From: Octopus sinensis
Lineage: Eukaryota
Direction: 5' to 3'
Length of the DNA stretch: 64,000 nt
Assembly (NCBI RefSeq): GCF_006345805.1
Contig: NC_043001.1
Span: forward strand, 99,944,001-100,008,000
Numbering within the stretch: position 1 is the first letter of the stretch; the number at the start of each line of letters is the position of its first letter. A program made the translations under genes and the position numbers. This document shows positions 25,925-36,264 of this stretch, piece after piece. Below the pieces are notes generated by a model. That model was not told the DNA's origin. It ran no database searches and saw only the letters and a list, made by a program, of their open reading frames with translations.

Positions 25925-26164
25925 TTTTTTTTTTTTTTTTTTTTTTGTACTTGTTTCAGTCATTTTGACTGCGGCCATGCTGGAGCACCGCCTTTAGAGT
26001 GGTGAAAGATTACAGCAGGGATCACCACCTCCTGCCGGAGCCTCGTGGAGCTTTTAGGTGTTTTTTCGCTCAATAAACACACACAACGCCCGGTCTGGGA
26101 ATCGAAACCGCGATCCTCCGACCGCAAGTCCGCTGCCCTAACCACTAGGCCATTGCGCCTCCAC
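25925..26164 (-). mobile_element. Young tRNA-derived SINE (composite), poly(A)-tailed
   Basis: Minus strand GTGGAGGCGCAATGGCCTAGTGGTTAGG (A box) and GGTTTCGATTCC (B box), CpG-rich, ending ggcggtgctccagcatggccgcagtc..gaaacaagtac(A)n. Confidence 0.85.
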
Positions 26165-26326
<162 letters not shown>

Positions 26327-26840
26327 AGTGTGACCGGGACCTTTGGAGATATGCTTAGGAAGACCTGACAAGCCAAGTGATACCATAGCCCATGGCCTAT
26401 GCCAGTGGGTGTAACCAGCCCATTTATGAATACCCCTCATTCATTGGACAATAGACCTTGCTTGTGAAGACCTGTCAAAATTACTGATGTGGCCGATGAC
26501 AGTACCGCCTGATTGGCATGAATGCCAGTGGGATATTAAAAGCACATCTGAGCATGACCATTGCAAGGGCCACGGTTTGGCTCCCATGCTGGTGGCATGT
26601 GATAAACAACATTTGAGCGTGGTCGTTGCCAGTGCTGCCAGACTGGCTTCCGTGCAGGTAGCATGGAAAAATACCTTTTGAGCATGAGTGTGGTCATTGC
26701 CAGAACCACCTGACTGGCCCTCGAGCCGGTGGCATGTAAAGAGCACCCACTACACTCTCAGAGTAGTAAGCATTAGGAAGGGCATCCAGCTGTAGAAACT
26801 TTGCCAAAGCCTGGTGCAGCCTCTGGCTCACCAGTCCTCA
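26327..26840 (+). mobile_element. RTE 3' end including ORF stop region, modules and tail
   Basis: Starts with RDLWRYA..gacaagccaagtga (ORF end as at 58250-58312), followed by the UTR, gccag..ctggc modules and the terminal segment. Confidence 0.85.
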
Positions 26841-26907
26841 ATCAAACGGTCCAACCCATACCAGCATGGAAAATGAACGTTAGATGATGATGATGATGAT
26901 ATGTGTA

Positions 26908-26955
<48 letters not shown>

Positions 26956-26974
26956 CACACATATGTTATCTGTG

Positions 26975-27072
26975 TAGGAAAAAAGCAACAAGAATGGATT
27001 AAAATCTCGGTACGATCGTTTCGTACGAGGATTGTACCGAGATTTTAATCCATTCTTGTTGCTTTTTTCCTA
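26975..27072. repeat. Perfect inverted repeat, 39-bp arms with a 20-bp spacer
   Basis: taggaaaaaagcaacaagaatggattaaaatctcggtac (26975-27013) is the exact reverse complement of 27034-27072. Confidence 0.95.
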
Positions 27073-27410
27073 TTTGTAATCACCCCACTTGTCGTATGGT
27101 TAACACCATATAGATTTCCGGTGCATCCTAGTTAAGGACCATATTCATGTGAATTCTTTAGAATTCACTAGAATCTCAATTACTTAACCAAATATATGTA
27201 TCTGTGTATATACACACACACAATTGTGGAAAATGACTCACTGCTACTACATAAACCTGATGATTGCTTAATGTGTAAAAGTATTAGTTTTATCATAATA
27301 AATATATAATATTCTATTATTATAATATTGTAAAATTGTAAAATTGTAATGAAACATGAAAATGAGACTATGTTGGAATTTCATTGATTAATATATAAAT
27401 ATAAACATAC

Positions 27411-27441
<31 letters not shown>

Positions 27442-27649
27442 TGTGTGTGTGTGTGTATGCATGTATGACACAATGAGATAATTATAGATATATATATATA
27501 AATATAATTATACATTTCTATATGAGCACATATATGTATGTACATATGTACACACACACATATGCAAATATATACATATATTTACAAACATATATTTCTC
27601 TGTCATACTCCAACCTTTCATCCTCTGACATAATTCCTCATTTTGTGAG

Positions 27650-27955
27650 TTACTTGGTGACCCCACCAGTGCTGGTACCATGTAAAAAGCATCCAGTCCA
27701 CACTGTAAACTAGTTGCCATTTGGAAGGGCATCCAACTGTAAAAACCCTGCCAAAACTAACCTTGCTTGTGCTAGTACCATATAAAAACCACAGGGTCCA
27801 CTCTGCAGAGTGGTTGGTATTAGGAAAGGCATTCAGCTGTAAAAACCCTGCCAAAATAGACACAGTGGCACAGGGTAGGTTTACAACCTGGCCAGCTCCT
27901 GTGAACTGTCCTACCCATGCACTGAAGATGGATGTTAAATGATAATGATGATGAT
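27650..27955 (+). mobile_element. Older RTE-type 3' end
   Basis: gtgctggtaccatgtaaaaagcatcc, ggaagggcatccaactgtaaaaac and gatgttaaatgataatgatgat. Confidence 0.7.
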
Positions 27956-27961
27956 ATATAT

Positions 27962-28115
27962 ATCATCATCAACATCATCGTCATCATCATTTAATGTCTG
28001 TTTTCCATGCTGGCATAAGTTGGATGGTCTGACTGGAGCTGGTAAGGCCAGGAGGTGCACCAGGTTCCATTGTTTGTTCTTGCATGCTTTCAATGACTGA
28101 ATGCCCCTCCTAATG
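27962..28115 (-). mobile_element. RTE terminal segment, tail-to-tail with the preceding copy
   Basis: (atc)n tttaatgtctgttttccatgctggc..gaatgcccctcctaatgcc. Confidence 0.75.
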
Positions 28116-28117
28116 CC

Positions 28118-28148
<31 letters not shown>

Positions 28149-28385
28149 CCTATGCTAGCGCGGAAAACGGACGTTAAACGATGATGATGATATAAGTAAA
28201 TAAATGGAGTTGAATGCAGATGCTATTCAAATTCTTTTACTTTCGACATATGTTTCGAAGACAACATTGGTTTTATTCCAAAGGAATAAATGGTGTAAAA
28301 TGCAATCTTCTCATCAGGAAAGAAAGAGAGCCTATCTCAACAACAAGACATTATATATATATAAAATACATCTCTGTATATAATA

Positions 28386-29213
28386 CTAGCAGCATTGCTT
28401 GGCTCGTGCGTTCTATGCATACGCGAATTAAGCTAAACTTGGATGAAGTTCAATCAAAATTCAATTATTTTGGTTTTAAAATCAAGCATTTAATGCCCTC
28501 TATTTTTGCGCTTATGTGTTCCATTTCCTCAATAGGAAGTACGTAGAAGCGTTTCATAAATTTTTGCTGATCAAATAATTGCATTGTTGAATTATTCTTT
28601 GAGATCAGTATTTCTCAACGGGGATTTCAGGAGAGAGTTTCAGGGAGTCGCTGTCAATGTATCGTGATGATCAAAAATCCAGCCTGCTAAAATTTGGTTA
28701 AAGTGATTCAAACTGCAGACTCAATGCAAAATGGTCACATTTAATTCAAAGTGTTAAAAATGTTATGAAAACAATTGGTATGCGTTCACAAAGTCTAAAC
28801 GATTAATATGAAAAAACCCTCCAGGCTACATCTTGAAAATTCATTTCTTTGCCGAATTTCTACAATGTTTACAGCGATTCGTTTTTATATCTTGATTTTT
28901 TATTTTTCATGCAATTTACACATGCTTACATGCATGGTGAACATAGTTCACGTCAAACAGCTAATTGAGTAAAGTTCACTATTCAATGCATGGGATAAGG
29001 CCTAAACAAACACATTATCGATTTTTGCACTTGCAAGATGAATTTTGGAACAGAAATAGCGCAGTTCAATTTTCATTCGCCTAAATTTTAAGTGACCCAT
29101 TTTTGGTGGTTCTACGATTTGTTGGCTAGGAGGAGATGTGCCGGGTAGTTAAACACACAGACACACACACAGATACACATACAGACACACAAGTTGAGTT
29201 TTATATATATAGA
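28386..29213 (-). mobile_element. Non-autonomous Helitron-like element
   Basis: Minus strand begins A|TCTATATATATAAAACTCAACTTGTGTGTCTG and ends ...gcaatgctgCTAG|T. The 5' end resembles the plus-strand element at 42671. Confidence 0.65.
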
Positions 29214-29318
29214 TATAGCACTTAATATACACTGTAAAGTGGATGGCAGTTCAACCTATGCCAACATGAAAAATAAGTGTTAAATGACAATGATGATATT
29301 ATATAATTTTACAAGCAG

Positions 29319-29519
29319 CCCAGTGGTGGGGGCATGTAAAAGCACCCACTACACTCTTGGAGTGGTTGGCATTAGGAAGGGAATCCATCCATAGAAAACC
29401 ATGCCAAATCAGACTGGAGACTGGAGCCTGGTGCAGCTGTCCAGCGTGCCAACTTGATCAAACCATCCAACCCATGCCAGCATGGACATCAAACGTTAAA
29501 TGATGATGATGATGATGAT
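29319..29519 (+). mobile_element. RTE terminal segment
   Basis: ggcatgtaaaagcacccactacactc...cgttaaa(tga)n. Confidence 0.85.
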
Positions 29520-29644
29520 TATATGTAATATATAAAATACAATACATATAATGCTCATAGGGGGTTATAGTCCAAGCTGTAACCTCATCAAGAACATCTG
29601 TATGTTAACATTAATGATATATGTATGTGTAAATATACATGGAT

Positions 29645-29731
29645 TTATTCAGTTTTACTTCAAGATTTCTTGCCTGTAGAGAAAGGGTTGGTTTCTAAGC
29701 TAGATCCAAGGCTCCTTCATTGGAATTTCCA
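29645..29731 (-). mobile_element. Isolated 3' UTR tip of family A RLE-LINE
   Basis: ttattcagttttacttcaagatttcttgcc..tagatccaaggctccttcattggaatttc is the reverse complement of the UTR ends at ~1415-1500 and ~13385-13468. Confidence 0.75.
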
Positions 29732-30140
29732 TAGACTGACATAGACATTTTGAAGATATAGTAGCGATAATTAATTAATTAATTATTGTGAATGTCAGTG
29801 GGTAGCTAGCGTATTTTTTCCTCTTGTCTATATACATTGACTGTTAAGTAAATATAGTATGTCATTATTATCAGAACCCACTGAATAGTATGAGGTCGAA
29901 ATTGTATGCAGATGTATGCAGATTTCCATGTAACTGTGCATGTCAGCACATGCAGCTGCTAATAGATTGCTTTTCGTATGAATGGCTACATGTGTACACA
30001 TGCATACGTGTGGAGGCATCTGGGTATGGGTGGAGAGATGTACGCAGGTGGAGCTTGTTCTTATATTTATATGTCTAACTGTATATATGGATTGACATGT
30101 GCACACTATGATATGTGTGTGTGTGTGTATGCATAGATGT

Positions 30141-31196
30141 ATATGGCCGTAGCCAGTACCGCATCGACTGGCCTCTGTGCTGTGGGCTCATAACAAACAC
30201 CATCCGATCGTGGCCGTTCGCCAGCTATCTCTGGCACCTGTGGGTGGCACATAAAAGCACCATCCGAAGACCCAGCAAGACTAGTCAGGCCATACCCGTG
30301 GCCTCTACTTGGGACGTAGTCAGTCCACCTGTGCATACCTTCCTTCTTGTGACACTTGTGAAGACCTGTTGAGACAAGTGATCAAATCAAATCAAATCAA
30401 ATCAAAATAGATGAACATCAATGGATTTGTATCTTTGTGGTACCAGTGCCGGTGGCACACAAGAAAACCATCTGAACGTGGCCGTAGCCAGTACCGCATG
30501 ACTGGCCTCGTGCTGTGGGCACGTAACAAAAACCATCCATCTGGCACCTGTGTCGGAGACACATAAAAACCTCATCCGAAGACCCGGCAAGACTAGTCAG
30601 GCCATAACCCGTGGCCCCTACCTGGGACGTTGTCAGTTCACCTGTGCATACTTCCTTCCTTCTTGTGACACTTGTGAAGACCTGTTGAGGCAAGTGAAAA
30701 TCAAATCAAATCAAATCAAAATAGATGAACATCAATGGAATTTGTATCTTTGTGGTACCAGTGCCGGTGGCACACAAGAAAACATCCGAACGTGGCCGTA
30801 GCCAGTACCGCATCGACTGGCCTCCGTGCTGTGGGCACGTAAGAAACACCATCGATCGTGGCCGTTCGTCAGCCTCGTCTGGCACCTGTGTCGGTTGGTG
30901 GCACATAAAAACACCATCCGAGCGTGGCCGTTCGCCAGCCTCGTCTGGCACCTGTGTCGGTGGCACATAAAAACACCATCCGAGCGTGGCCGTTCGCCAG
31001 CCTCGTCTGGCACCTGTGTCGGTGGCACATAAAATCACCCACTACACTCTCGGTGTGGTTGGCGTTAGGAAGGGCATCCAGCTGTAGAAACACTGCCAGA
31101 TCTGACTGGCCTGGTGCAGCCTTCGGGCTCTCCAGACCCCAGTTGAACCGTCCAACCCATGCTAGCATGGAAAGCGGACGTTAAATGATGATGATG
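30141..31196 (+). mobile_element. Concatemer of RTE 3' ends with an expanded module array
   Basis: Two copies of [gaagaccc.gcaagactag..UTR..(aaatc)n..modules], preceded by a partial unit and ending in the terminal segment. 62-bp tandem units start at 30901, 30963 and 31025. Confidence 0.9.
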
Positions 31197-31250
31197 TGCA
31201 TCTGCATATGATTATATATACACACACACACACATATACATATATATATA

Positions 31251-31305
<55 letters not shown>

Positions 31306-31344
31306 CCACATGATATATGCATTATATATATTTATATATATATA

Positions 31345-32104
31345 CTAGCTTAAGGTGACCCACTCTACGCGCGGGTAAGAGCGTGGTTGTTACTTTCTGT
31401 TGCTTCATTTCTGTTTTTTATCACCACATTCTCCCTCTTTGTTTCTCTCTCCTTTCTCTCTTACTTTCCCACTCTCTTACTCTTCATTTCTCTTGGACTC
31501 TCCCTCGCTTTCTCTTACTCTCTATCTTTCTCTCGCCCATTTATAAACAACAAAAGATCTTGAGTAAGTTGAGAAATAAAATATTTTGAAAGATCAATAA
31601 TAAATATCAGGCAGGGACAACGGAAAGGTCTGCTTCAAGGCAGACAGCAAAACACTACCATTTAAAAGGGACAGATGAACTTGCGAGCTGTATAAAAATA
31701 AAAAAATTTTGGAAACCAAAGTTTGAAGGGATAGAATCTGAGGATAGTAGAGTCACCATGGCTGGCATTTCTTAATGACAGACAGCAACGTAGTGGCAGT
31801 TTAACGGCTGGTGTAGAATTTTGAACTTGATGTAAAAGACAATTCCTAAACACCAAGCTTTGAAGTGATTCTTTCTCACAACAGTAGACTGACCATGGCA
31901 AGCATTCAAAACTTCTTCATCATGGACGGCAACACATTGAAGATATAAAGGCTGGCGCAAATTTTTTAGTTTATGTAACAGAGAATTCCTAAACACCCGC
32001 TTCTGTAAATTTTAATCCCCTTCCAGCCCCATTTAGACCCATTTCACATTTTGGTTAATATAACCTGATTTCATTCAGGTCTACTCGGGCCACATTTTAT
32101 AAGA
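31345..32104 (-). mobile_element. Non-autonomous Helitron-like element
   Basis: Plus strand a|CTAG followed by the hairpin acccactctacgcgcgggt (3' terminus on minus); the minus 5' end reads A|TCTTATAAAATGTGG. Confidence 0.55.
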
Positions 32105-32242
32105 TGAGGAATTTTGTCCTAGAGGTTACACCTTTCATTTGAAGAAAAAAATAGTTACCATGCAAACTCTCCAGCACTTTTAACATAGGTGTGCATATCT
32201 TCAGCTGAACCGACCGACCACATAATGCACACATATATATAT

Positions 32243-32319
<77 letters not shown>

Positions 32320-32499
32320 ACGCATTATATATACAAATGTATACAAATTATATATATAATATATATATATATATAAAAAATAAATACAGATATATACACT
32401 TTGTATATATACATTATATATACATATTTATATATAGAACACACACACACACATATAAATTAACCCAATAAATATCTGATTCATAATATTTGTCCTCAT

Positions 32500-32897
32500 G
32501 ATTGTGTGGTGGTGGTGGCGATAATAATTCTCTCTATGAATGCAGACAGACGTAGAGAGAGGATGTGGAAGAAAGAGTGAATGCAGTGAGGGAAAGATAG
32601 TAGACTCTGTCAAACGATGTTATAGAGAGAAAGTGAAAGGAAGGGAGGAAAGAGAGACGGAGGAACACAGGTAGATAAGAGAATGAGAGAAGACTTGTCA
32701 AAGTGTGCATTTTTTGCCCTAGTAACCACACCTTTTAAGATAGGGATTTCTAACCTAGCCCACTCACATCCTCACCTCATTTTACATGTCCCTGTGAATT
32801 TTTGAGTCAATCCGAAGAGATCTATTGCCCTTTAACCCGTTCCAATTCCAAAACCAGACACACAAACTTTTCACATTTCAGATTTATAAATATTGAT
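32500..32897 (-). mobile_element. Possible Helitron-like 5' fragment
   Basis: Minus strand starts ATCAATATTTATAAATCTGAAATGTGAAAAGTTTGTGTGTC; no 3' CTAG/hairpin found. Confidence 0.35.
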
Positions 32898-32921
32898 ATA
32901 TATATATATACACACACACAC

Positions 32922-32991
<70 letters not shown>

Positions 32992-33009
32992 TACACATAA
33001 TATATACAT

Positions 33010-33090
<81 letters not shown>

Positions 33091-33106
33091 TACACATAAT
33101 ATATAC

Positions 33107-33170
<64 letters not shown>

Positions 33171-33195
33171 TAATATATACATTATATATATATGA
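32898..33195. repeat. Compound (TA)n/(CA)n tract with tandemly duplicated units
   Basis: The unit cacacacacacatacacataatatatacattatatata recurs. Confidence 0.9.
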
Positions 33196-33387
33196 GAGGT
33201 ATTGGTATCCAGAAGACCCAAGGTGGGTGGTAGGTAATGCTATGTAGGTGCTATGGAAGGAATGTAGTTAAACTCTTGGCTTAATAGCAATATAAATGAG
33301 GAGTCTAATGCAGATCTTATATGTTGAATAAAATGAGACAACAAAGCCAACGCTGTGTGGAATTTTCATAACATTTATAAAGAGAAA

Positions 33388-33434
33388 GTCTTACAGCTGT
33401 TTCTAGAATATTAGGGATGTCCCTTCATCAGAGA
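33388..33434 (-). ncRNA. Minimal type I hammerhead ribozyme, core intact
   Basis: Minus strand: TCT-CTGATGA-AGGGACATCCCTAATATTCTA-GAAAC-AGCT-GTA-AGAC. Stem I is TCT/AGA, stem III is palindromic ACAGCTGT and the cleavage triplet is GUA. Confidence 0.7.
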
Positions 33435-33553
33435 TGATGTAAGATGGTTATATAGAGGGAAATGTTAGAGTTCAATATTAGGAGTTATTTTGGAAAAGGA
33501 AGCAAATAAGGAGTATATAGGGAAATAGGAGAATGAAAGTAGAAATAAAAATA

Positions 33554-33600
33554 GCTTTGATGAAGGGATATCCTTAATATCGCAGAAACAGCTGTAAGAC
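33554..33600 (+). ncRNA. Minimal hammerhead motif, U3 variant
   Basis: gct-TTGATGA-AGGGATATCCTTAATATCGCA-GAAAC-AGCT-GTA-AGAC. Confidence 0.55.
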
Positions 33601-33727
33601 TAACTTTCTCTTTATAAATGTCCTGAAATTTCCACACATCCATAGCTTTGTTGTCTCATTTTATTTAACACACACAAACATATATCAGCCCTGTTAAGTA
33701 TACCCCTGATGCATCAGGTGATATGAT

Positions 33728-34182
33728 AAGCTTGAGAAGACCTGTTGAGTCAAGTGTAACCAAAACCAATATCATAGCTGTGGCCAGCTCCCCCTGACTG
33801 GCTCCTGTGCTGGTGGCATGTAAAAAGCACCATCCAAATGTGGCCAATGCCAGTACCCCCAGACTGGCTTCCATGCCAGTGGCATGCAAAAGGCACCATT
33901 CGAACGTGATCGGTGCCAGGTCTGCCTGACTGGCTCCTGTGCCAGTGGCATGTAAAAGGCACCAACCAATCTGGCTCTTCTGCCGGTGGTATGTAAGAAG
34001 CACCATCCGAATGTGATCAATGCCAGGACTGCCTGACTGGCCCCTGTGTCGGTGGAATGTAAAAAGCATCCACTATACTCTTGGAGTGGTTAGCGTTAGG
34101 AAGGGCATCCAGCTGTAGAAACATTGCCAGATCAGATTGGAGCTTGGTGCAATCACTGGCTTTCCAGACCTCAGTCAAACTG
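33728..34182 (+). mobile_element. RTE 3' end with five modules, tail lost
   Basis: gaagacctgttgagtcaagtg, five gtgg(c/t/a)atg(t/c)aa..gca(c/t)ca modules, then a terminal segment cut at ctcagtcaaac by a SINE. Confidence 0.85.
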
Positions 34183-34570
34183 TTGTGAAATGCTAAGTGG
34201 TATTTTGGCTGTCTTTACGTTCTGAGTTCAAATTCTGCAGAGGTTGACTTTGCTTTTCATCCTTTCGGGGTCAATAAATTTAATACAGCTGCATACTGGG
34301 GTAGATCTAATCGACTAGCCCCCTCCCCACAAATTTCAAGCCTTGTGCCTAGAGTAAAAAAGAATCGTTAGCCTGCTGGGCAAAATGGTTAATGACATTT
34401 CGTCTGTCTTTAGGTTCTAAGTTTGAATTGCACCGAGGTTGACTTTGCCTTTCATTTGTTTGGGGATCGATAAAATAAGTCCCAGTTGAGTAGAGGGGTT
34501 GATACAATTGACTTAACCGATCTCTCAAATTGCTGACCTTGGGCCAAAAAGTGAAATCAATATTTCGCTT
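34183..34570 (+). mobile_element. Two head-to-tail tRNA-derived SINEs
   Basis: Both carry ttct.agtt..aat..c..gaggttgactttgc.tttcat..t.gggg..c.ataaa; the second starts at aagaatcgttagc (~34360). Confidence 0.8.
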
Positions 34571-34712
34571 AGGATTAGCAAGACTAATAACCATGTGTAG
34601 AACTCAATATATACATGGTCTAGAACACCATGTTATATGAGTATAGAATGGTAATAAAAAACAAAGAGATGACATGGAGAAAATACCAAATGTCATGTAA
34701 TGTACTTCATTA

Positions 34713-34792
34713 GCTTACAGCTGTTTCTGCTATAAGATGTTGTGGACCCTTAGTTGAGTACCAGGATATCATCCTATAGCTTCATCAAAGCC
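34713..34792 (-). ncRNA. Hammerhead motif with long stem II, U3 variant
   Basis: Minus strand: GGCT-TTGATGA-A-GCTATAGGATG..CATCTTATAGC-A-GAAAC-AGCT-GTA-AGCT. Confidence 0.6.
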
Positions 34793-35620
34793 TTGAGTAT
34801 GAAATGCACTTCCTTTGAGAAAGTTACATTTTGAGAACATAAAGGTGTTATGAGTGGAAAAGTTTACCTTGATGGATATGGAAAGTTATTTGCCAAGGTA
34901 GAAAAAAAGTATGCAAATATATGCATGCGCTTAGAGTAGAAATTAAATGGGAGGTATATAGGTAGACACACATGCTCCTTCATATACATATATATATATA
35001 TGAACATACACATGTATATACACACACACTCATGCATATATACCCCTGAACACACACACATACAGCTATACACAAATGTGCATAGACAGAGAATCACACA
35101 CACACACAGGGAACAGAGATAGGGCAATTTGCATGTGTATTTTTATATAGTCACACACATGTGACTTACGTATGTATAGATGTGTTGACCACCAAAGTTG
35201 TTGGATTAAGGGAGAAAAGAACGAAAGGATTGTAAGGCCATCAAGAGTGTTTAAGAAACAAAAGGGGAATCAGACTCCTGGGGTAATTATTGGTCATCTG
35301 ATTTCTTAGATGTTTTTGTGTTTTAAACTTGGGGTGCATGTCAATTGACATTTTTATACTCTAACTAAACAGAGGACCACATAAAGAATTTTGAGCATGC
35401 AGACACACATGGATGTATACAGTATGTTTGGATGTGCATGTGCATATATATATATATACATATGTATACACACACACACACATGCACATCAGAGAAAGCC
35501 AAATACAGATCCCTAACTCCAGCCTCAACTGTGAACTTGGAACCTAGTGGATGACCAATTATAGCACTTACACAACGTACCTATTCATTTAGATCATCAG
35601 TGAACTAAACCCCTCGTATC

Positions 35621-35977
35621 TTGTGGTCAATGCCAGTGCCAGCTAACTGCTCTTGTGCCGGTATCACGTGAAAAGCACCATTCGAGCATGGCCATTGCCA
35701 GTGCCGCCTGACTGGCGTCCGTGCTGGTGGCATGTAAAAAGCACCATCCAAGTGTGGCTGATGCCAGTACTGCCTGACTGGCACTCATGCTGGTGGCACA
35801 CAAAAAAGCACCCACTACACTCTTGGAATGGTTGGCATCAGGAAGGACATCCAGCTGTAGAAACATTGCCAGATCGGATTGCAGCCTGGTGCAGCCTTCT
35901 GGCTCACCAGTCCTCAGTCAAACCATCCAATCCATGCCAGCATGAAAAGTGGACATTAAGCGACGATGATGATGATG
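35621..35977 (+). mobile_element. RTE 3' end with three modules
   Basis: Three modules, the terminal segment and a gatgat tail. Confidence 0.85.
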
Positions 35978-35986
35978 GTATATATA

Positions 35987-36017
<31 letters not shown>

Positions 36018-36157
36018 AGATACAATGTACATTTTAAACACATGAGGAATCCACTCATGGGATTCAACGCTAGAAAGAACAGCTAGGTTCTATAACCACA
36101 AAATTAGGGATAAAATTCGACAGGAACAAAATGAAAAAATAAAAACATTTTACCATC

Positions 36158-36264
<107 letters not shown>

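Larger units (their letters stand above)
33323..33669. mobile_element. Inverted-repeat element (~110-bp arms) with an HHR motif in each arm; probably Penelope-derived
   Basis: gttgaataaaatgagacaacaaagc at the left end and gctttgttgtctcattttatttaac at the right end; arms 33323-33431 and 33557-33669 flank a purine-rich spacer. Confidence 0.8.

Noticed and set aside
26090-26164. tRNA gene (also 42218-42290)
   Set aside because: A and B boxes are present, but the sequence continues into a SINE body and lacks a proper acceptor stem and terminator.
28605-28625. hAT-like terminus cagtatttctcaac as a separate element
   Set aside because: No matching opposite terminus or 8-bp TSD found.
30700-31040. 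CRISPR-like array (repeat gtggcacataaaaacacca with spacers)
   Set aside because: The 'spacers' are homologous or identical to each other, the array lies in an RTE 3' UTR in eukaryotic DNA, and no cas genes are present.
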